64,000 bases of DNA from Octopus bimaculoides (Eukaryota), in contig NC_068990.1 in assembly GCF_001194135.2 (NCBI RefSeq), positions 59,308,647 through 59,372,646 of the forward strand, in the 5' to 3' direction. Position numbers and translations under genes: made by a program. Of the stretch, positions 52,801 through 60,896 are shown one piece after another (position 1 is the first letter of the stretch; each line of letters begins with the position of its first letter). The notes beneath the pieces are model-generated. The model did not search any database. It saw only the letters and a list, made by a program, of their open reading frames with translations, and was not told where the DNA came from.

Positions 52801-53662
52801 GGTGCAATTATTTGAAGAGAATTTGGTTATTATTTCCAGTGGTTGGAGCAACCACACAGAAGCTTCCCTTACTGGCTTATTCTTAGTTAATATATATATA
52901 CACACATAAAATAACACAACAAAAAAACCCAACAATATTTCATGCTATTTTAACAGTTTTTCTAGCCCACAACAGTTCAACGCCTTTATTACCGTATTTC
53001 TGCTGAAATAAATTGTCTTTATTTCAATTAATTTTGAGAATATTGGAAAATTCAGTAAAATTTTTGTTGTTATTGAGCTGGTGTTTGGAACATAAATTAA
53101 CATGAAATTTTGAAGAAAGGTTTTAATTAGATCAGTTTAAAACAGGAAGTTTGTATCGTAGAACTGGGGGCAATAGCAGGTGGGTTGAACAGATCTGTTT
53201 TGTGACACATAACATTTTATCCATGACAGTTACCAATTAAGTCTATATTGCAATCACCTCTACTTTCTCCATCCCCATACCACGCTTGTTTTACCATCAA
53301 CCACATTGCCAAAACATTAAATCTACTTGCAAATACTACAGAGGGGGAAAATATGTGACAATGGACAGTCAAGTGCTTAAGAAGTTACTCCATCAACTGC
53401 TCAGATTTTACTTTTTCATAGCTTTGTGATACTTAGAACAGAACAGGTCCTGGGATCATAGATGGAAGCAAAATGAAAAATACAGTTATATGAAACATGA
53501 TAACATTTATCTCACCTTGTTTGAATTTGCTCTTGTATTCCATATTCGGATGATGGAATCACGCCCAGCTGAGTACAGTCGGTTAAGGACGGGATCGTAC
53601 TGCAAGGCATTAACACCAGAACGGTGATAACGCTCTACTTCATCTCGGATTACAAAAGAAAC
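12294..53662 (-). CDS. WDR48: WD repeat-containing protein 48 (UAF1), partial spliced gene model: 12 internal exons, both termini outside window
   Basis: Manually spliced exons give one open frame [21 protein letters not shown]...[49 protein letters not shown]...[19 protein letters not shown]...DCFAAW. It is colinear with human WDR48 aa ~17-460 (recalled sequence). All introns are GT-AG and phases match. Confidence 0.97.
13802..13909 (-). CDS. WDR48: WDR48 exon 12, 108 nt
   Basis: cattttag|GCT...GGG|gtgagt; [36 protein letters not shown]. Confidence 0.96.
14303..14775 (-). mobile_element. Young RTE 3'-end copy with internal ~60-bp tandem array
   Basis: (CAT)n-CGTTTAACGTCCGCC...GGATGCCCTTCCTAACGCCAACCAC, nearly identical to 16537 and 32017 copies; 4 units of 58-62 bp at 14523-14766. 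Confidence 0.88.
15399..15817 (-). mobile_element. Dimeric family B SINE inserted in a family A SINE, 13-bp TSD
   Basis: AGGCGGCGAGCTGGCAG head with GAGTTCAAATTCC B-box and a duplicated body; TCTTTCAGTTTCT at 15386-15398 and 15818-15830. Confidence 0.92.
16537..16775 (-). mobile_element. Young RTE 3'-end copy
   Basis: Near-identical to 14303 and 32017 copies; source of spurious ORF 16605..17060. Confidence 0.88.
18082..18608 (+). mobile_element. Non-autonomous hAT (Charlie-type) element
   Basis: TIRs CAGGGCTCACCAAACT / AGTTTGCTGACCCCTG; perfect 8-bp TSD ATTTAAGA (18074-18081, 18609-18616); internal [18 protein letters not shown]...[11 protein letters not shown] resembles the hAT C-terminal dimerisation domain. 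Confidence 0.93.
18730..18827 (-). CDS. WDR48: WDR48 exon 11, 98 nt
   Basis: accatcag|GT...ACG|gtaagt; (G)[32 protein letters not shown]; embedded in track ORF 18571..18870. Confidence 0.96.
21730..21949. mobile_element. piggyBac-type MITE (family A)
   Basis: TTAA|CCGTTTCGTTAC...GTATCGAAAGGG|TTAA. Confidence 0.78.
21954..22375. mobile_element. Two family B piggyBac-type MITEs, head-to-head
   Basis: Reverse copy 21954-22157, ATAA junction, forward copy 22162-22375, then TTAA. Confidence 0.82.
22742..22909. mobile_element. hAT-type MITE, 168 bp
   Basis: TIRs CAGTGCTCTGCAACC / GGATGCAGAGCACTG; 8-bp TSD TATTAGAG / TATTAGGG (7/8). Confidence 0.85.
24077..24615. repeat. 88-bp direct repeat pair (24077-24164, 24528-24615)
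   Basis: GGACCCTGGTTGAAGACCACTGATCCTGA...TCTACATTGAACAA twice, 2 mismatches. Confidence 0.93.
24616..24912 (-). mobile_element. tRNA-derived SINE, family D
   Basis: Reverse of tRNA-like head (…GGGAATCAAACTC…CCTTAACCACTTAGC) plus CTTGCTCAAGAACAC and CAGTTGAGTGGACTGGAGCAA core. Related copies at 48065, 48366, 61065. Confidence 0.75.
24977..25067 (-). CDS. WDR48: WDR48 exon 10, 91 nt
   Basis: gtgttgcag|CCA...AAA G|gtaagt; [30 protein letters not shown] + 1 nt (human SGDY...LCTQPDQVIK). Confidence 0.93.
25929..26000 (-). CDS. WDR48: WDR48 exon 9, 72 nt
   Basis: tcttatag|CTT...TGG|gtaagt; [24 protein letters not shown] (human WVATT motif). Confidence 0.92.
28925..29044 (-). CDS. WDR48: WDR48 exon 8, 120 nt
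   Basis: ctttccgcag|GCT...AAG|gtaaat; [40 protein letters not shown]. Confidence 0.95.
30325..30429 (-). CDS. WDR48: WDR48 exon 7, 105 nt
   Basis: gattttag|TGC...CAG|gttagt; [35 protein letters not shown]. Confidence 0.95.
30905..31117 (-). mobile_element. RTE 3'-end copy inserted at the end of a piggyBac MITE
   Basis: (CAT)n-CGTTTAACGTCCAC...ATACCCTTCCTAACGCCAACCAC. Confidence 0.83.
32017..33068 (-). mobile_element. 5'-truncated RTE-clade LINE (ORF fragment + gap + 3' UTR with (GAT)n tail)
   Basis: Stop-free frame [43 protein letters not shown]...[39 protein letters not shown] (32759-33068), typical of the RTE post-RT region. Linkage across the 500-N gap is inferred. Confidence 0.88.
33345..33800 (-). 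mobile_element. RTE LINE 3' fragment (ORF C-terminus + 3' UTR)
   Basis: [40 protein letters not shown]...[18 protein letters not shown] (33792-33595) runs directly into the GGAAGGGCATC...(GAT)n sequence. Confidence 0.87.
33858..34048 (-). CDS. WDR48: WDR48 exon 6, 191 nt
   Basis: ttctttccag|CT...CAG|gttagt; (T)[63 protein letters not shown]. Confidence 0.96.
37616..38006. repeat. 135-bp near-perfect inverted repeat with 121-bp spacer
   Basis: Arms 37616-37750 and 37872-38006, 2 mismatches. Confidence 0.95.
38250..39450 (-). mobile_element. Old decayed RTE/BovB-like LINE fragment, interrupted by a younger RTE 3'-end copy (~38985-39330)
   Basis: [22 protein letters not shown] (~38830-38895) and [20 protein letters not shown] (~39340-39400) match RTE motifs; boundaries approximate. 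Confidence 0.65.
39799..39928 (-). CDS. WDR48: WDR48 exon 5, 130 nt
   Basis: ttttatag|GAT...ACA A|gtaagt; [43 protein letters not shown] + 1 nt. Confidence 0.96.
40464..40716. mobile_element. Foldback element embedded in (TA)n
   Basis: AAACAATTGCAGCGTGGAAGGTGTTTATAAGCCATTT...AAATGGCTTATAAACACCTTCCGCGCTGCAATTGTTT; ~100-bp arms; (TA)n on both sides. Confidence 0.85.
42948..43030 (-). CDS. WDR48: WDR48 exon 4, 83 nt
   Basis: ttcttgacag|TG...AAG|gtaatt; (L)[27 protein letters not shown]. Confidence 0.96.
44423..44765. mobile_element. MITE-like foldback, ~340 bp
   Basis: GAAGGGAAATAAA...AAGCTTCTAACAATGC / GCATTGTTAGAAGCTT...TTTATTTCCCTTTC; long imperfect arms. Confidence 0.85.
44805..44880 (-). 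CDS. WDR48: WDR48 exon 3, 76 nt
   Basis: cctgttag|GAT...ACA T|gtgagt; [25 protein letters not shown] + 1 nt. Confidence 0.96.
46987..47367. repeat. 381-bp AT-rich palindrome, 5-nt loop
   Basis: TAAAGATAAATTAAA...CACAGTTCCAT-CTATA-ATGGAACTGTG...TTTAATTTATCTTTA, followed by (TA)n. Confidence 0.93.
49625..49854 (+). mobile_element. Family B SINE, monomer with TSD
   Basis: AGGTAGTGAGCTGGCAG...GAGTTCAAATTCC...AATAAAGAAATA; TSD TATGAAAATGACAA / TATAAAAATGACAA (49611-49624, 49855-49868). Confidence 0.9.
53516..53662 (-). CDS. WDR48: WDR48 exon (first in window, presumed exon 2), 147 nt
   Basis: ttccgttccag|GTT...AAG|gtgag; [49 protein letters not shown]. Confidence 0.96.
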
Positions 53663-53969
53663 CTGGAACGGAAATAAAGAGTCAGAAGTGAATAAAAATC
53701 AAAGAGAAATCAATAAATAGGCTTTTTACAAACACTTCCTTTTGTTGATAGATCATCATCATTTAATATCCACTTTTCTGTGTTTGCACACAAGTCAGAT
53801 GGAATTTACTGAAGCAGATTTTCAACAACTGGATGCCCTTCCTGTCACCAACCCTTACCTGTTTCCAAGTAAGGTAATACTTCTCCATAGCCAGACATGT
53901 TTACAAAGAAGGTTGGTTCCAAATTTTGGCACAAAGCCAGCAAATTTGGGGGAAGGGTATAAGCCAATT

Positions 53970-54072
53970 TATAGATGTTTTCGATCTAGTTTGGATACTT
54001 TGCCATCAAATTTGAATTCTTTGCAATCAAATTTGATAGCAAAGAATCCAAACTAGATCGAAAACATCTATA
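53970..54072. repeat. 103-nt hairpin (46-bp stem, 11-nt loop) inside a family B SINE
   Basis: TATAGATGTTTTCGATCTAGTTTGGAT...ATCCAAACTAGATCGAAAACATCTATA, outer 27 bp perfect. Confidence 0.93.
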
Positions 54073-55693
54073 TATCAACTCCAGTCTTCAACTGGTACTT
54101 ATTTCATTGACCCCGAAAGGATGAAAGACAATGTCAACCTTGGTGGAATTTGAACTCAGAACATGAAGGATGAAATGCTGCTAAGCATTTTGCCTGACAT
54201 GCTAACAATTCTGCCAGCTCACCACCTTACATGTTTACAAAAGAAATTAATGACACTTCCTGTTTTATATTGACACTATCAAGCAACATCAAAACAAGGA
54301 TACACACACACACACAAACAGGTTTCTTTCAGTTTCCATCTACCAAATCCACATTCACAAGGCTATAATAGAAAACACTTACTTAAGGTGCCACGCAGTG
54401 GGACTGAACCCAAAACCATGTGGTTCGGAAGCAAACAACCCCACCACATAGACCACTTTATTTGGGGAGCTAAAATGAAATAAATAGTTCTTCTCTATGA
54501 TATTATTAGATATTTCTATTCCCCTTAAAACATTGCGATTATTGAAAAACTATAAAAGGGAGAGAAAGGAAGAAAACAATTCAAGAGATAGCTTACAACT
54601 TATCTTTGATATCAATACATATATGTATAAATAAGGCACTGGAAAACCATTTCAGCTGTAGCATTTGAGCGCAATATAAATTGCATTAAAATTGTATTAT
54701 GTTACCACAACTTGAATATTATCTATGAACTCAAATGCACAAATAAATAATTGTAATGTATACAAGGAAACACTTTTTTTTTTTAAATGGAAAGAAGGGT
54801 ATTTCTATACCATTGCCATACTCTTTATCCTTAATCTGATACGACTGTGACAACCATTCCTTCCCCCATCCCCCACATCTGGTTTTCTGAAACACATCTT
54901 TTAGAACATTTATATGTTCCACCAGCCGTATTATTTCTACACAACAAATCAATACGCAATGGTATATCTGCAGCTAATACTTAACTGATTTAGGATTCAG
55001 AAAATTAGAGCTGAATTGCTGTAAATTGAGTGGTGACTTAGGCTAATAGTTAAAATGCAGTAGCTATTATGTATCATCATGAAAACTAAATTGGCTAGTC
55101 CTTCATGTAATGATTTCCTTTCAAACATCTATCCACTTCACAAATTACATTATAGACAAGTGAAAGATGGATATCACCAAAGTGGATGAATGGAGAAGGT
55201 ATCGAAATACCAACTCACATGTTGCGAGTTCAAATTAAACGGAATACATTTAACAAGTTTCTATGCAAAACACTTTATTCTAAACGCTTCAGGTTATTTG
55301 GCAGGAATAAATTAGCTATGTTAACTCCTGGATAAGTTACTTACATATCTTTCCAAGGAAAGATTTGTGTATCACTCTCTTAACAACAGAAATCAAAAAT
55401 ACCAATCCTGTACAATATAAAAGTAATTATTTTACCATTTAAAAAAGAAAAAAGCCTTGTGAGTGGATTTAGTAGACAGAAACTGAAAGAAGTCTATTGT
55501 GTGTGTGTGTGTGTGTGTGTGTCACTGTTGCTTGACAACCAGTGTTGGCTTGTTTACATCTCCATAATTTAGTGGTTCAGCAAAAGAGACAGATAAAGTA
55601 CCAAGCTTAAATAATAAACGCTGGGGTCAATTTGTTCAACTAAACCTTTCAAAACAGCAGTTCATTGATGGAAACAGGTAAAAGATTTTATAA

Positions 55694-55790
55694 AGAAGAA
55701 GAAGAAGAAGAAGAAGAAGAAGAAGAAGAAGAAGAAGAAGAAGAAGAAGAAGAAGAAGAAGAAGAAGAAGAAGAAGAAGAAGAAGAAGAA
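55694..55790. repeat. (GAA)n microsatellite running into a gap
   Basis: Pure GAA tract; source of the poly-E/poly-S ORFs. Confidence 0.99.
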
Positions 55791-56455
55791 NNNNNNNNNN
55801 NNNNNNNNNNNNNNNNNNNNNNNNNNNNNNNNNNNNNNNNNNNNNNNNNNNNNNNNNNNNNNNNNNNNNNNNNNNNNNNNNNNNNNNNNNNNNNNNNNNN
55901 NNNNNNNNNNNNNNNNNNNNNNNNNNNNNNNNNNNNNNNNNNNNNNNNNNNNNNNNNNNNNNNNNNNNNNNNNNNNNNNNNNNNNNNNNNNNNNNNNNNN
56001 NNNNNNNNNNNNNNNNNNNNNNNNNNNNNNNNNNNNNNNNNNNNNNNNNNNNNNNNNNNNNNNNNNNNNNNNNNNNNNNNNNNNNNNNNNNNNNNNNNNN
56101 NNNNNNNNNNNNNNNNNNNNNNNNNNNNNNNNNNNNNNNNNNNNNNNNNNNNNNNNNNNNNNNNNNNNNNNNNNNNNNNNNNNNNNNNNNNNNNNNNNNN
56201 NNNNNNNNNNNNNNNNNNNNNNNNNNNNNNNNNNNNNNNNNNNNNNNNNNNNNNNNNNNNNNNNNNNNNNNNNNNNNNNNNNNNNNNNNNNNNNNNNNNN
56301 NNNNNNNNNNNNNNNNNNNNNNNNNNNNNNNNNNNNNNNNNNNNNNNNNNNNNNNNNNNNNNNNNNNNNNNNNNNNNNNNNNNNNNNNNNNNNNNNNNNN
56401 NNNNNNNNNNNNNNNNNNNNNNNNNNNNNNNNNNNNNNNNNNNNNNNNNNNNNNN

Positions 56456-56849
56456 CAATGTTAAATCTCTGAACGAGGTATTAACAGTAACTGCACGATA
56501 AAGTGAAGTATATTTGCCACTTAAATGTGGCTGACCCCGAGGGGTGGATGTTACTGTTGCTTTTAACCCCAGGAGGACATCTCCTCCAGCTGGCTATCGA
56601 CACACATCTGTGCCCTGTCTGTATTTGCCAAGGGAAGTTATCTTTCCCATCTTGATCTACGATACGTTCGTACCCGAGTTTCAGGGTTATTTCCCTTCTT
56701 CAGCGTACGACAACCGCCGACCTTCGATGCAAAAGACATCCTTTGGCAAATATATGTAACTTTCTCCAGTGAAATTATTCACTGATATCGAAAAAGTGAA
56801 AACAAGCAATGTTAAATCTCTGAACGAGGTATTAACAGTAACTGCACGA
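56456..56849. repeat. 43-bp identical direct repeats flanking a GC-richer core (351-bp period)
   Basis: CAATGTTAAATCTCTGAACGAGGTATTAACAGTAACTGCACGA at 56456-56498 and 56807-56849. Confidence 0.85.
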
Positions 56850-58914
56850 GAATACCATTTAGCCAGAAAAAGGATCATTTTGGAAGGAGAATATGTACTG
56901 ATTACTAAAATGCCCTCATGAAACCTTTCAAAACAACCAATTCAGGAAAATACAGTGGACGTTAATGCTAAAGTTCTAACATCAACTCTTGGAGTAAAAC
57001 TGAAGACATTCAACTTTACGAAGAATGGTAAATTGTAAGCTTGAAAACTAATACCAAAAGACAAGAACATAGAATATTGTCCAAATGAATTGCAGGAGTG
57101 TTTTCTATAGATTTATTAAAACAATAATGCAAATGACAAAGAAACACATTTTTGTTTTGCAAGCACAAAATGTCTTCCTAAAAGTTATCGCTAATGAATT
57201 CACAATTACAGGTGAATCCAATTTATTAATAAAGCTTTATTGATTTGATAGTTATTTATGAATATGTTTTTAAATGTTTACTCCATCACACTAGCATGGA
57301 TTTCCTTGAATAAATTTTAACAGCTGGATAATCTCATTCATGCTATGCACTCACTCAAAAGTAATGTGATGATGGTCTGTAAACACAGTGAAATATTTTC
57401 TTTAAAGTATTCGCCAGCAACAAAGAAGTTATAGATTTTGGTTGATTACTTTCACTTATTAACTAATCAATCATCCACCGTACTTAATGATTTGTTTGCT
57501 GTAACCTAGAAAAATAAATCTTTCATAGTTTTTATTTGGCTTGGACTATTCTACATTGGTGTTTCTGGAATGTGAGTTTGTGATGTATTTCAAGAAAATT
57601 CCAAAAGGCTTTGCAATTGGAAACTGTATCATTTATTTAACATATTTTTTTTTCCAGCCTGACAGAATTAGTTGAGGTAGATTTCCTCTGACTGGATGTT
57701 CTTTTCGTTGCCAACCCTCACCTGTTTCCAAGCAAGTTAATATTTCCCTATTTCTAGACATGTTTTCTACAAAAAACTGAAAATGAATAACATTCTTGTA
57801 TGACATTGATACCCATTTACAATCATCATGTGATGTCAAGACAAGGGTACACACACACACACACACACACACATTTACATATAAAAAACAGGCTTCTTTC
57901 AGTTTCCATCCAGTTGGCCTGAGGTGATAGAAGATACTTGCCCAAGGTGCAATGCAACAGGACTGAACATAAGACCATATAGTTGTGAAGCAAGCTTCTT
58001 AAGTACAAAGCCAGGCCTCCATAAATAATTACTTAAAACAGAATCTTTGTCAGAGCTGATATTTCAGAACCTTGAGGTCATTATGAAGAAGGATAGGATA
58101 TACAGAAGGTCATTGCCAACATACCAAGGAGAAAATTCAAAAGATATACAAAACAAATACACTGATGAAAACTAATTACGTGGAAATTATTGCAATGGGT
58201 GAGAGTGTACATTTTGACATAATCTTTAATAATAACAAGAGGTATGAAAATAATCAACACATGACTGATTATTCTAGAATAGAAAAAGTAAAAGTTCATT
58301 CTGGAATATATTCACTGATAAGAATAAGTTAACCTAAGAACACAAGAAATCATTACATTAAGCTTCCTGGGAATACTGTCTAATGTTAAAAAAACTCAGA
58401 TCAAATTTACAATTGGAATCGGTCCATGAGGACTCAACAAGCAAACGTTACAATGGTAGACTGATAATATTTGAAGAATATAAGGTAGCAAGCTGGCAGA
58501 AATGTTAGTACACCAGGGAAAATGATTAGTGGCATTTTGTCTGTGTTTATGCTCTGAGTTCAAATTCTGTCAAGGTTGACTTTGCCTTTCCTCCTTTCAG
58601 GGTCGATAAAATAAGTACCAGCTGAGAACTGGGGTTGATGCAATCAACGAGAACCCCCTCCTCTAAAATTACTGGCCTTGTGACAAAATTTGAAACCAAT
58701 ATTTAAAGACTATATACACACAGGTGCATGCATGGCTGTGTGGTAAGAAACCCGCTTCCCAACCACACAGTTCCAGGTGCAAACCCACTGTGTGGCACCT
58801 TGGGCAAGTGTCTTCTACTATAGCCTTGGGCTGACCAAAGCCTTGTGAGTGGATCTGGTACACAGAAACTGAAAGAAGCCCATCATATATACATATATAT
58901 TACACCAAAACACA

Positions 58915-59046
58915 CTAAAGCAGAAACAGACCCATAAAGTTCAAGAAGTCTTTGGACAAATTCATTCAAAAAATCCTGGATAAACCTCCTACACCCGGAT
59001 ATGTCTCCACAAACAATAACTCTATCCTCGAGTGGGCCATGTTGTC
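58915..59046 (+). mobile_element. CR1-group LINE 3' ORF remnant (tentative)
   Basis: KFKKSLDKFIQKILDKPPTPGYVSTNNNSILEW resembles the FK..LD.FL...PD.P..PGY....NS C-terminal motif of CR1-group LINEs. Confidence 0.6.
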
Positions 59047-59134
59047 CGATTCCTGATTTGAATGACTTTGCCAGATGGTGCTATTAAGTTAGACATGACC
59101 AATACTGGGTCAATACTGGTCGAAACCTAACAAA

Positions 59135-59214
<80 letters not shown>

Positions 59215-59998
59215 CTTTGTCCCTCTACCATCGTTTGACAACTGATGTTGGTGTGTTTACATACCCATAACTTAGCAGTCCAGCAAAAGTGACCGATAGA
59301 ATAAGTACTAGGCTTATAAAGAATAAGTCCTGGGGTCGATTTCTTCGACGAAAACCCTTTAAGGCAGTGCTCCAGCATGGCCACAGTTAAATGACTGAAA
59401 CAAGTAAAAGAATAATACAAAGTTTACAGTTAATTTAAGTAAAATAGAGAAACAGATATTTCAGAAATTATCTCCGTTTTCATCATTGTTTTAACAACAG
59501 GTTACTAGCTTGTCTCAAGAACATATAAGCTACAAAATTAACTCAATTTGTCATGGAAGTAGCCAAATCTTCCATTTTTAACCCGTTAGTATTCAGATTA
59601 CTTTGTGAAAAGTAATGCTTATTTATTCATATTGTTGTAAATTTAAAATTTATGTTTAAATTTTCTTAAATTAAGTGATTTCCATTTTTACTTTTTTCTG
59701 GTCCCACATAAAAAGTACCTGTGCTGGTGCCACACAAAAAGCATCCATGTTCAGGCCACATTAAAAGCACCCAGTACACTCTGTGAAGTGGTTGGAATTA
59801 AGAAGGGCATCCACCTGTTGAAACTATGTCAAAACAGACAATTAGAGGCTGGTACAGCCCTATGGGTTGCTAACTCCTGGCAACTGTCCAACCAATGCCA
59901 GCATGGAAAATGGACATTAAACGATGATAATGATGATGAGTGAGAGTGTACTACTTGACATAATCTCTAATAAAAAGAGGTATGAGAATAATGAACAA

Positions 59999-60156
59999 AG
60001 GAGTGGCTGTGTGGTAAGTAGCTTGCTTACCAACCACATAGTTCTCAGTTCAGTCCCACTGCATGGCACCTTGGGCAAGTGTCTTCTACTATAGCCTCGG
60101 GCCGACCAAAGCCTTGTGAGTGGATTTGGTAGACGAAAACTGAAAGAAGTCCGTCG

Positions 60157-60198
<42 letters not shown>

Positions 60199-60896
60199 TG
60201 TATANNNNNNNNNNNNNNNNNNNNNNNNNNNNNNNNNNNNNNNNNNNNNNNNNNNNNNNNNNNNNNNNNNNNNNNNNNNNNNNNNNNNNNNNNNNNNNNN
60301 NNNNNNNNNNNNNNNNNNNNNNNNNNNNNNNNNNNNNNNNNNNNNNNNNNNNNNNNNNNNNNNNNNNNNNNNNNNNNNNNNNNNNNNNNNNNNNNNNNNN
60401 NNNNNNNNNNNNNNNNNNNNNNNNNNNNNNNNNNNNNNNNNNNNNNNNNNNNNNNNNNNNNNNNNNNNNNNNNNNNNNNNNNNNNNNNNNNNNNNNNNNN
60501 NNNNNNNNNNNNNNNNNNNNNNNNNNNNNNNNNNNNNNNNNNNNNNNNNNNNNNNNNNNNNNNNNNNNNNNNNNNNNNNNNNNNNNNNNNNNNNNNNNNN
60601 NNNNNNNNNNNNNNNNNNNNNNNNNNNNNNNNNNNNNNTATGTATGTATATATATATATATATGTATGTATGTATGTATGTGTATACATTTGTATGTCTG
60701 TGTTTGTCCCCCCAACATCACTTGACAACCGACGCTGGTGTGTTTATATCCCCGTGACTTAGTGGGTTGACAAAAGAGACTGATAGAATAAGTACTAGGC
60801 TTACAAAGAATAAGTCCTGGGGTCGATTTGCTCGACTAAAGGCGGTGCTCCAGCATGGCCACAGTCAAATGACTGAAACAAGTAAAAGAGTAAAGA
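59999..60896 (+). mobile_element. Full-length young family A tRNA-derived SINE (gap in its internal microsatellite)
   Basis: AGGAGTGGCTGTGTGGTAAGTAGCTTGC... with A/B-box-like head, CCTTGGGCAAGTG core, (TA)n linker, 3' AATGACTGAAACAAGTAAAAGAG. At least 15 older copies, e.g. 8800, 14145, 17320, 17745, 29700, 35510, 36815, 43700, 45300, 50580, 58715, 62620. Resembles described Octopus SINEs; family name not verified. Confidence 0.9.

Larger units (their letters stand above)
10297..60638. other. Assembly gaps: 10297-10366, 31275-31367, 32259-32758, 36104-36526, 41886-41963, 45625-45689, 55791-56455, 60205-60638
   Basis: N runs, mostly adjacent to microsatellites or repeats. Confidence 0.99.

Noticed and set aside
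55665-56501. 278-aa poly-Glu ORF and antisense poly-Ser ORF
   Set aside because: (GAA)n microsatellite plus N run
58200-59997. Diverged ~55-bp repeat at 58200 and 59941
   Set aside because: Short and degenerate; probably fragments of an old dispersed repeat
59999-60070. tRNA gene (also 15760-15817, 48065, 61065)
   Set aside because: A/B-box-like heads continue into SINE bodies; no complete cloverleaf is evident
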